DNA of 64,000 bases, from contig NC_045707.1 of assembly GCF_009834535.1 (NCBI RefSeq), forward strand, positions 46,936,001-47,000,000, given 5' to 3'. Source of the stretch: Camelus ferus. Its lineage: Eukaryota. Below the pieces are notes generated by a model that worked only from the letters and a program-made list of their open reading frames with translations, was not told the origin of the DNA and did not search any database. Of the stretch, positions 13,339 to 25,084 are shown one piece after another (position 1 is the first letter of the stretch; each line of letters begins with the position of its first letter). The position numbers and the translations under genes are program-made.

Positions 13339-15169
13339 AAAGGTCTATCAGGATAAAGTGAGTTTATATATATAAAGTCCTTAGGCTGGTATATAATCTA
13401 AATTTTCTTTCTAACCTCCTCTCTTCTTCAACATTCTCAAGCCATTTTTTTCCTCAATGTCTTCTGATTTTGAAAAGGTTGGAGAAGACCTGTCTTGCTC
13501 CAAACACTGCTCTCCTGTACTCTTCCTGCCACATCTGGCCTTCAACCTGGGCTTTGCTGACTTAAGATATAGAACATTCTCCCTCCTTAAAGGGCTACCA
13601 TTTCTTTCCAGGCCCACAAGTGTGGAACTATTTTTAAAAAAAGAAAAGAAAAGAAAAAGAAAGTGGGAGTGATATAGTATAGAGGACATCTCTTAATCAG
13701 CTTTCACCTCTTCCTCTGGGAACTGTCCCTTCCCCACTCCAGTTGACTCTGGTGTCCTAAGGGAAGGGCTCAAAACACCCTAGGCCAGACTCTGAACCTT
13801 GAGAAAAGTGGAGGAACTCAGCTACAGATGGTCATCAATGCCCAGAGATCCCCAGAGTGGCCTCCTTCCTGCCCCTACTGAGCCCTGGAATTTTAGCGAT
13901 TCCTTCAAAGTCTGAGCAACCCAGTATACATTCGAGAAGTTTCTATTTTTGCTTATGTTTGCAATAGGTCTACTGCTTGAAGTAAAGAGCCCACCTACAT
14001 GTCTGACAGCCTTTAGTTTCCTCATCTGTAACATCTCTGAGGTACCTTCCGGCTCCGACCTTCTCCAGTTCTAACAACAGTGCAAGTCCCAGCAGATGTG
14101 CTCTGCTTGCTCTGTAATTCTCCATAACAACTGCACCATCCCTGCTCGGCTCCCATATGCCTTATGTACAAACGGTGCAGTGGAGAGATGCTTTAAAAGG
14201 CTTATATTTAGGTTATAAAACCACAAGCCTCTCGTTTGCCACTTACTACATCTCAGCAGTATTATTTTGGTAACAGCGTCGCCACCCTCTCTGCTACAGT
14301 GCTGAGCATAAATAGAACATGAACATTTCCAGGAATTGTCAACTTGGCACTTCTTACAAGGAGTTAAGATTTCTTTTATAACACTAACAAAAATAAAGCC
14401 TAAGACTAAAACCTGCCCCAAACTTCTTCTAGAAGTTACATTTCCTTCTCAATTAAAATTTACTGTCTGGAAAAGTACAATGTACTCTTTTTTCCCTCTG
14501 GGGAAAAAGTCCTTCAAAGAATCATATTCATATACTCCTTACTGCTAAAACTGTAGAACAAGTATAAACACAGCTGCCTATTAAAATTAAGTAAAGGCAA
14601 ACATTCCTGCAGCTAGCTACAACAGCAGCCTACAAGTTTGAACTATACCCATAAAAAGAGAAAGCTACCTTGCTAAGCATATGGTTAAACTCCGAGGCCG
14701 AGCCACCAGAAAAGCTGGTTATTGGAACTGACGACTTTCGATAGCATGATTTAAGAGCTGCAAAAGTGGGACCTGATTCCAGTAGCAGGAGAGCCAACAC
14801 ACTGTCTCCTGATCACAGCCAAGGAGAGTTCGTCTCTTTTTTACTCTCAAGGTAGCAAGTTGGGATGGAAGCAACCCAGAGCTCTGTTCCTTGACCCCAT
14901 ATGGCCTCACATTAGACCCTACCCATCCTCCACCAACACACAAAAAAAGAGGATAAAATGAGAGATAGTGAAGAGAGATACCAACCAGGAGTTAGCCTTT
15001 GGCCAATAGGCAGGAAAGAAAAAGACAGAAAAGCCCCAGAGGCTGCATGTCTGGGAGAGGCTGGAGTAGGGGGAGGAAGAAGAAGGGGGTTGCTGGCAAA
15101 TAATAGGCTCTGGAGCCCCACAGGTTACCAGAATTAGGGAGGAGAGAAAAACGAACTTTGAGAAAGTGT

Positions 15170-15400
15170 CTTTACAGGATGTGATTCAGCAGGCTTTGAA
15201 GTCAAAGTGCCTAGATTTCAAATTTGGCTTAACTCTGTTATACGACCTTGAGCAAGTGACTTAACATCTCTGTGCGATAAGGGTAATAATACCACCCGCC
15301 TCATCAAGTTATTGTCAGGATTAAATGCATTAATAAATGCTAAGGACCTGGAACATAGTGAGTTAAGCCCCCAAGAAATATTATGATTATTATTTTACTA
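15170..15400 (+). mobile_element. MIR SINE
   Basis: gaccttgagcaagtgacttaacatctctgtgc...aggattaaatgcattaat. Confidence 0.75.
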
Positions 15401-17205
15401 CTATTATTTGAGGTTCTTGGTGAGACATAGGAAAAAACTAAGATTCATTTTTAATTACAAATAAAAACTGTGGGCAGGCAGGCAAATTGTCTGACCAACC
15501 CACAGATGGACAGACTAAGCCAGTCCCAGTCTTCCCAGCTGGCCATTCGTGTCCCTCCTCCTCTCATCCATCTTCAAGCCATCTTCCACTCCCTCTGTAG
15601 CTGAGAGCAGCATCCAACTCATTCTCTACTGGAAGGTTCTGTCTCCATTTGGACTTAGCTTGATCTACAGAGTGCACAGTACTGTGGATGGTCTGTAATT
15701 ACCAAACAATGTGAACTGGCAATGAAAATAATTCCCCCAAATCCAAATTCACCAGATAATACAAAACCCTCCCATCAGTTTTGTTCTATGAACATGTAGC
15801 CTATGTATCCCCAAAGAGCTCTAATGGAGTTTAACGTTGGCAGCAGCATCACACCTGCATGGAGTCTGAGATTCTAGAACACTGTTAAGCAACAATGTCC
15901 AGAGAATTCAAAGAATTAAAACATTTGTGATTGCAGATTTAAAACAAAACTATCTATCCTTCTATATCTCCATTCCAGCCTCCTTCATCTTCCCGCACCT
16001 GAAAACAAGGACAACTCTATCGGCAAGCACACAGGCTTGGGGAGGCCCACAGTTAGGGAGCAATAAGTGAGAAAGGAGCCATGTGCCTAATATGCTTGTC
16101 GGATCTCAAGGTTCTCAACTCTGACTGCACTTTAAAATAGCCTAGGAAAGTGTCTGCGCATGTATATGCATGTTTTGTGTCTTTAAAACCACTGCTCAGA
16201 TCCCACCTCCACAGAGTTTGGCATGAACTGGCCTGGGGAGAAGCCTGAGGATAATCAGGGGTTTTTTTTTTAGCCAGAGTTGAAAAACTCTGAACTAAAT
16301 CAATCCTGATGGTCGATAGGGTGATCGATGTAGCCAAGCAACCCATACATCCACAGGAGGAGGAAAAAATTCACAGTGAGAATTTCTAAAAGAAAAGAAC
16401 ATTAAATCCATTTTTTAGAGTGATATGGAGGCATCCCTGCTGGGGAGAGACCTGTCACATGGTTTGCTATTCCTAGAAAGAGCTGTAGTTAACTGCCAAC
16501 AGATGCATTATTTCATCAGTCCCATAAATACTCGATAAAAGTCTTTTGCTCTTCCTATGTCAGCCTTGTGGGGTGGGGGGTGGAGGGACATGGGGAAGGC
16601 TTCTGAAAAATGCATTACTGAACCATCAAAATTTCCTTTTAAATCATTAAAATTGGCACTAATAAAAAAATTTTAGTAAAATCTCATCCCAGTATACCTC
16701 TAAAAGCATTTGAAAATTTTCCTCTTAAAATGAAGAAAAAGGCAATAGTACAATGTTTTAAAAGGCTAATTTCAATGATTAACACTACAACATGATATAA
16801 TTCCATTTTAAACCCAGTGGGGAGCCAAGATTGCACAGCAAAAGTCCGAAATCCAGAGTGGGGAGGCCTGGATTCCAGTGGTGGCAATAAATTACATTAA
16901 CTAGCTATGTGATCATGGGCAGGTTTTCTTAATCTTCCTAGCACTCAGTTTTCTCAGAGGAAAAATCAGATGATCTGTGAGTCCCTCCCAGTATAAAAGT
17001 CTGGAATATCAGGATATGTCTCCATTTTGCTGACTTGTTACATTAGCAAATGAATGTGTTTACAATTTAGACAACTTAAAATTAAGTCATTCTGGCAAGT
17101 CTGCTAATAAATTTAACCAGTTCCCAGTCACTGTGCATCCACTGAATAAGCAAAACAGTAAAGTATCTTGAATATGGCATTATCTTCTATCTGAACTAGA
17201 GCTGG

Positions 17206-17656
17206 TGAGATAGGCTGGGACCTGGGACCCTTTACTGGAGTGCTTGCACCTGGACCAACATTTCCTTGAGCAACAGAACACAAAGAACCTTTAAAAGACT
17301 AAAAATAACTGCATGCATGCACAGTTGGGGCAAACTGTGAACAAGATACAAAAAGGCCAAAAGGTGCCAGGAGCAAAAGTAGGGTACTGCACATGATCCC
17401 TGCACATGGCACCACCAAAGGGGTGGGCAGACCACCTAAGCCACCCCTCCAGCCTGACCCACCTATCCACCCCTACCCTCACCCCATTTAAGGGACCAGC
17501 TTGCCCTACCACCAGGGAGTAAGCCAGGGCACCTGTTACCTATTTTTGCTCCCTTATGCTGCAGCATGAGTCCTAGTAAAATATTGCCTGAATTTCTCAT
17601 CTGGCCTTTTATCAATTTCTATTGATTAGAGAGTCCAAGAAGTGAGTCCATTAACA
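17206..17656 (+). mobile_element. ERV1-class solo LTR (451 bp), antisense within CRADD intron 2
   Basis: TGAGATAGGCTGGGACCTGGGACCC...GTCCATTAACA with TG...CA termini. 4-bp TSD ctgg at 17202-17205 and 17657-17660. Confidence 0.85.
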
Positions 17657-20600
17657 CTGGAGCCTTCCTCCCCTAACTATACCAGCCAGATGATGGTTCC
17701 TGCCCCAAAGTCCTTGCTCTTTTAAAATAAGAAAATACATGAAAGGCATCTTCACACTTTTTGCCATATCCTCATACTATTATTATTTTCTTGGTATTTT
17801 TCTTTATGTTGACTCACTTTTACTTAAATAAAAGCAGTATGTTTCAAAGGAACTTCATAAATAGAAAACAATTTTCCTTTCCATAAATGGAAGGAAATCA
17901 TTAAATGGATACAAGAAAAAGAAAAGCAAAACAACTAAATTCTAACTAAATACTGTTATCCACAGAAGGCTTCAAGCATGAAGAGCTTTTTCTGTCTGTT
18001 AAAAATTAGCAAATGTCAAGAGATGTTACAGAAATACTAGTACCAAATGGAGGCTTTCACTTGGATGTTGTCAGGATTGAAACAGAAAGAAAAAAGAAAT
18101 AGCTGTCTCACCTCGCGACTTAATTATATGTCCACATAGCATCTAAAATCATTTTAAGAACCACCAATATCATAGCGGAGCACACATCTCACATTCTGGG
18201 AAGCGCCATGACAAACGGTCAAGACTGGGCCTTTGCTGATCGGAAGTGTGATTCATCTCTCTAGAAGGATGGTTATCCTCCCAGAAGGGCCTGGGCTCTA
18301 GCCTATCACTGGGGCTTCCACTTGAGTTCCTTTGCACCGTGGTCCCCTCTGTCTGAAAGCTCTTCCTCCATGTATCCACTCTGTTGAAGAATTCAGATCT
18401 CTGCTTAGTGACCTCTCATCAGAGCAGCTTTCTCTGACCACCCCACATCATTTGCTAAGCCCTTCCTTACCCACCAAGCACGCTGCTCTTCTTCATAGCA
18501 CTATCACCATCTGATGCATTATTTGTTCATTTGCTGGTTGTCTGTCCCCATCAGATCATAGAATACAGTGAGCTTCAAAGAGCAGGATCTTTATTTACTA
18601 CAACATCCCCAGCACCCAATGTCTGGTACATGGCCAAGACGAATATTTGTTCAATGAATGAATGAATGACTCTTCTCAGTTGATCTGAGATCCTTCATGT
18701 GTCTCTATTACCTAATGCCTAGAATCCAGTTGGGCCTCAGGAAGTGTATGATAGTCATGCTGGGGATACACAGAAATATGGGCTCTCTGAGGACTCTGCC
18801 CTTACCACAAGGAGGGGTCTTGCTCTGGATGCTGACCCACCATTTCCTCTCCAGGACACAGGCTGTCACAGAGTGAGCTCTACTCAACCTCAGTGGAAGT
18901 GCCTAGATAAACCACAAACCTGATGAACTAAGATCAACACTGAATTTATGCACAGAAAAGGTGTGAATTCGTGGTATGATTCAAAACTCCCAGGCTAGAA
19001 ATCTCTCTAATAAACCTATTACAATACCTAAAATTTTTGCCATCATTACTCAGTAACTTCAGATGCATCCAAGCATATTTCTGGAAGCCAGACTATATCT
19101 CAAAACAGTGGCTGATGTGGCTCTGCATGATCACACAAGACCAGCTCCAAAAGGGACCAGCTGAGCCCTGGAGCCTGTGGGTAGAGGGGAAACGGGCCAG
19201 CCCTGCATCCTGCTCTAGTGAGGATAGCCATGGAGTCCAGAGCACAGGGTCCAAGGCAAGGCCCAGCTCAAGTTCAGGCAAGGTTGTAACAAATGACACC
19301 CCCAGGACAGCTACTCCAGCAGGCCAGAATTGAGGCATCTGATGCTAACATAGAAGCCACTGAGCTGCATTTCAAGATATCTGTCCTTCATCCCTGCTGG
19401 TGGCTAAGAGAACACAAAGCAGAAATTCAGCCTAGGGGGGAGGGGAAAAAAAAAAAAACAACTCCCAAGCCTAAAAAAGATGAGGGTTAAAGGAGGGGTT
19501 GCCAAGCTGTTAAGTGGGAATCATGGCAGAGACCCAGTCCCACAGCCGAGGCCAACATGGTGGAACACGGAGTCCTCGGGCCCAGAAGTCCCTCCCACCA
19601 CGACTTAAGGCTAAGTCCCACCAGCTGGTGAGACTGGGGCTGCTGACAAACCTCCGTTCCAGATCCAGATTAGCTCAGGCACTGGAGCGAGCCTGTCAGC
19701 CTAGACAGGGCCCAGGAGTAGTGGGAAGCCAGGTAGGCGGGCACATGCTGCCTTTACCCAGACTCAGCACTCTACTCATCCCCAAAATGACCTGCCAGGA
19801 GCCCAGAGAGCATTTCCAGCTGATCTAGTGTCTACTACATGACCTTGGCCAGTCAGGGACACACCGTGAAGCGTTCTTTCCATGGTGCCAAGCTGGATTA
19901 AGTCACTTTAACGCCAGAAGTCCTCTTTTAGAATATAAGGGTTCTTATAAGGTGAGAAAAACACAGAATCAATTATCCATTAATATCTTAGGCTTTTTTT
20001 TTTTTAACAAAGGTAGGGATACCAGTCATCTAGGCAGATTCTGAGAGAATCAAAGGTTTAAAGTGTTTGTTTTATTTTGTTTTGTGCTATTTTGTTTTGT
20101 TTTGGGATTTGCTGGGGGCAGAGTTTATGAGAGTAGAAAGAATCAAGATACAACTTGGTTCTTCTCAAAAAAAACTACGCCCAGAATATAAATTAAAAGC
20201 AACTAAGTAGGATCAATCACCAAATAAGGCCTTTGAGGTAGCTCAGAGTTTACAAGTGAAACACAAAAATTAACCAAACAAGTGAAAGGGAAACCAAGAA
20301 TCTCTGAGAAGACCAGAACAAGAAAACTTTTTCTAAGATAAAATCAGTTCATTCTTGGAAAAGGATCGACCTCCTGGACAAAGAGAAAGCCACCCCTCCC
20401 CATTCATCTTCAAAGCCTCCCAAGAGGAAAGCACCAAACCTATACAAACCGATTAATAACTGCAACCAAAATGAGTAAACCGTCGGAAGAGGTTAATATA
20501 TGCACATACATAGATAAGTACCACACTTTCCTACATTCTAATTCCTCAAAGTTCAAACATGCCTTTACAAAAATTTAAATGGACTATTTAAAAGCTTATT

Positions 20601-23086
20601 AAAACTACCCAATTACAACACTAGGAAGCACTGGGGTCCTGGGAAAAAGGCCTCTGGGTCCATTCGTATTTTTTACAGGGACATTAAATTGAAGGCATTT
20701 CAACTCTGATATTCTTTCCAGGATTTTTTAAAAAAACAGATTTCCAATTATAATTAAAATTAAAATACTGCCATCAAATTAACTAATTTAAACATTGAAA
20801 GTTTAAGGTCCCAAATAAAAGAAGGCTGTTACCTAACACATCATTGCCTCCACACCTTATATATATAGACATCGCTAAAATTTACGGTGTAATGAATTTT
20901 CCATAACGTGTGGATTTTAAAAGTGGTTTTTATGAGATGGAAAACTACCAAGTGAGGAAGGGAATGATAAACTCCAAATTCTGACTTTATCAGTGAGTGG
21001 GGTTGGGGGAGAGCTAGGACTGGGGAAGTGCACCAAGGAGTCCTCAAAGGCCATGGTAATATTTTTTAACTGAGTGATGGGGAGACAAGTGTTCACTGTG
21101 CTGTTACTCTTCACATCTTAGTTATATTTTGTAATCTTACTTAAAATATTCAACAACTAACAAAAACTACTTTAAAAGTGAGTTTATGTAATTGTCATCG
21201 TGGAAAGTAAAGAGAACATTATGTAAATCAAATCCTTTTTTTCAGAATATTTTTTCATTAGCAGTGTTACTCAACAAGACAAACAATAAAAAGTACTTAA
21301 TTTGTACTCTTAATACAGATAGATTAGTAGCCAATTTATCGTGCCATTTGACCACTTCCACATAATCAAATTAACATTTTTCCAAACACAACACAGATAC
21401 ACTCAATTTTTTCCCATTCCAACTGTTCCATACTGCTTACTTTTTAAAAAAACTATTTTTTCCTCAACTTCACTGTAACTGTCACCATTTGGTTAAAAAA
21501 AATCTTATATTTTTCTTTTTCTTTGAATGAATTGGAAGAAATTAATGGGGTCATACTTCTTTGAACAACATACAACAGTATTATTGACAACATCCACAGT
21601 GATTATGAAAATTAAATGAAATATTTTGGAAGTAACAGGCTTTCAGTTTCCCTGTTTTGTTGTTTCCAACTACGTGTTAACAAGAGGAAACTCCAAGTCA
21701 AATACCAGGAAGACATTAGACACCATAACATTACTTTTAACATCTCCCCAATTCTGTTATTTATTCTGTTTTCAATCAAGTGGTAGAAATGTCTTAACTA
21801 CATCAGTTTGGCTTTGTTCACATACCTGGAGTATTTAATTTTGTAAGGACAATCCAATCTGAGAATATCTGTAGTCCTCAGAGGCCAGCTTTTTTCAGTA
21901 TTTCAAAAGCCTAAAGACATATATTTATCTGTAATTTGGCCATGCTAGGAAATGAAAATATTTTTGCTTCTTCCACTGGGATTTTACCAGGCCTTCCTAA
22001 GTTAACCAGTTATCTCACACTGATCAAATATTCTGACAGATGTCATTAATAAAAACAGAAGAATTAATCATGATACTTAATGCATGTGGTCTGGAAAATC
22101 ATTTAAAATATGAGGTCCGTGGGGCAAAAATAATCAAAGTGGTCTTTTTTTTTTTTTTTTTTAAATAGTTAGTTATATTGGTATTTTAAAAACAACAACA
22201 AAGAAGTCTGGGGACCTCTGAGTTGGGGTAGTTCTATCATTGCAATCAAAAACTCCTGAAAATGTTGATTTCCTAACTCTGCTAAAAATCTGCAAGTCAA
22301 CTCTCTTTTTTTCCTTTTGCCAGTTCAGTTCTCTGCTCCTCAATCTGTGTAAAAAGTAGAAGTCACAGGAGGTGTTAACAGGAAACAAGTGTTTCATATC
22401 ACATCCTCTTTCTGCTGAAGGCCAGGCTGATAGCACTAGGACTGCTTCTCTTTCCCTCAGGTTCCAACTTCCCTTAAAATCAAAATGAGACCCCAGCCCC
22501 CTGCCCCCCGTAAAATTATTGTCTTACAAAATTAAATACTCTGGGTATCTGAACAAAGCCAAACTAAAAAGGACAACTTTAAATCAATGGCCTTTAAAAA
22601 CAAACTAAGTCAGCCTTCCAAATAATCCCCTTTGGCCCTGCAGGAGAGCCCAGGGAACAGGTGCAAGGCGTGCCTTCCTAGAGGCTGTCTCCTCCTTCAT
22701 GAATCTGACCTTTTCCAGCCGGCCGCTCTGGCACCCCACGAATCAGTTATCAGGAAGCCTAAAGCCTGCTTTCCCATCTGCACTTTCCAAATGGCTGCTG
22801 ATGCCAAGGGCTGAGATATGACCTGGCTCTCATCTGAGAACATGCCTCCCAAGTGACCTGCCAACTTTCCCTGGAAGCATTTCTGAATGTATTCTCTGAC
22901 CTCCCTCCTCACCTTCTCAATCATGGTTCATCCTTCCTTCCTTCCTTCCCTGAACTGCCTAATTCCACCTCCTCATCCGGTGCCTCCAATGCCATATGCC
23001 TTCAATTCAAACGCCTTACCCACTTTCAGAAACTGCTGATCCCTCTCAGCCTAAAAATCCAACTTCAAGTCCAAAGGGCATAGTTA

Positions 23087-23566
<480 letters not shown>

Positions 23567-24229
23567 TTAGTACACTGGCTGAGCCAAGCTGAATTAATTT
23601 CAAATGTTTCTAAACATGATGAACAGCACCGAACATGAATCATTCTCTCTGTTTTTGCTTTCCACACAGTGGGGTCCTAGCTCAATTCCTCGTGCCATAA
23701 AGGGATTTGGGAAAAAACTGAACAGAGACCCTTCTTTAAAAGCAACTTTTATCTGAGGAATACACAGGAGTATTCAATTTTAACATGCTTGAAAAGAACT
23801 AGTGCTTTTATTTTAACATTTCCTTCATCAGATACCCCTCCACCGCAGAAACTGCGAATATTCAATTAAGCAAGTGCCCTTTAGATGGTGGGCATTTTCA
23901 GAAACTGATCAGCAATGGGAGTAGGGCCCGAAACCAGCAGGTACTGATAAGTTTAAGGATCTTTTTCCCTAAGAAAAGAGGCCTATATATGCACCACTGC
24001 CTTCAAGAAAAATATGAAGAGTTCATGCCCAGTCTACGGTAAATCTCACATATAGTCACAGACTCCAGCCCTTCCCTGGGAGAATTCCCAGTCTCTATCA
24101 CAACACTGCCATGGCCACACATGCATAGGACATTTAATGGTTTGGGGTTTTCTTCGTTTTGTTTGAAAGGAAAAATGTCCACCTGCTAATCCTTGGTCAG
24201 AAGTCACGCAAGAGTGGAAGGCATGTTTC

Positions 24230-24810
24230 CAAGACGAGTGCACCAGTGAGCAGAGGGGCCGCCACGAGAGTAACTAGGTGGCGAGGAGTGGGGGGGTGGG
24301 GGTAGGGGCGGCAGATGAGGCTTCATAACACCCACAGAAACAACCCGGGCCGGCGACCCGGACCCCCGGCCCTCCTCACAGGCCTCTGTGAAGTCCGAGA
24401 GGCGGCAAGTGAGCAAGTGGGTGGGGGTGCACTTTAGGCTGCCCCCGCCCATTTGGAACTGTTTATTCCCTGCTTTGCCAGCTGAAGCCCGGCGGCATTA
24501 GGAACAGGAAGAACTACCAGAGATTTTCAGGGCAACCTGACCCGTTAAAAACGGGGTGCTGGGAATGATCTTCAGAGCAGACCGAGGGGAGAGAGGGCCC
24601 CGGCACCCCACTGTCACCCTAACCCGTCCGGGCTCGTGAACGCCGCTAGCAAGGTAGGGACGAGGGAGCCACGCAGGGCCCAGGCCGCAGACGCCGCGGC
24701 GCGGAGCCTTCGAGAAAAGGTGGATACGGGGGGTTCTGGTTTCCTATTACTTACGTCCGCAAACACGTATCTTTAAAAAAAAAAAAAAAATCTGCAACCG
24801 GAATCCAGAC
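24230..24810. promoter_or_regulatory. CpG island over CRADD exon 1 / 5' intron 1
   Basis: High GC with dense CpG (e.g. cccgggccggcgacccgg, gacgccgcggcgcgg) in an otherwise CpG-depleted, AT-rich window. GC box ccccgccc at ~24443. Confidence 0.85.
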
Positions 24811-24850
24811 TGTCAGGGAACCTGTACCACAAGCACCATCTTTGTTGAAG
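24755..24850 (-). other. CRADD: Putative non-coding exon 1 (5' UTR) of CRADD; 5' boundary/TSS approximate
   Basis: Consensus donor GAC|gtaagt on the minus strand (plus strand acttac at 24749-24754) at the edge of the CpG island. This gives a 1320-nt intron to the exon-2 acceptor. Promoter-type motifs lie immediately upstream. Confidence 0.75.
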
Positions 24851-24933
24851 GCAAAAGCCCTGAACAGGAAGTGTTGTCGCCATCTTTATTAAGGGCAAAC
24901 ACAGGAAGTGCTGTGGCCATCTTTATTGGTGGC
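24836..24933. promoter_or_regulatory. CRADD core/proximal promoter with repeated ETS (ACAGGAAGTG), YY1-type (CCATCTTT) and THAP-type (TnnnGGCA) motifs
   Basis: CCATCTTT at 24836, 24880 and 24917. ACAGGAAGTG at 24864 and 24901. TGAAGGCA at 24846 and TAAGGGCA at 24890. Confidence 0.7.
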
Positions 24934-25043
24934 CCGAGTGTTGGGATGAAGCCTTTTCCGCCATGTTTGCTGTGGGTAAATAATATCATCACCTGGAGTT
25001 GGAAAGTAGTGATATCATTTAGGGAGTTATTGAAGGAAAGGAG

Positions 25044-25084
25044 TAATTGGATAATTGCATTTTTTAATTGGATAATTGCATTTT
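25044..25084. repeat. 21-bp tandem duplication (taattggataattgcattttt x2)
   Basis: Copies at 25044-25064 and 25065-25084 (the second is one T shorter). Confidence 0.9.
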
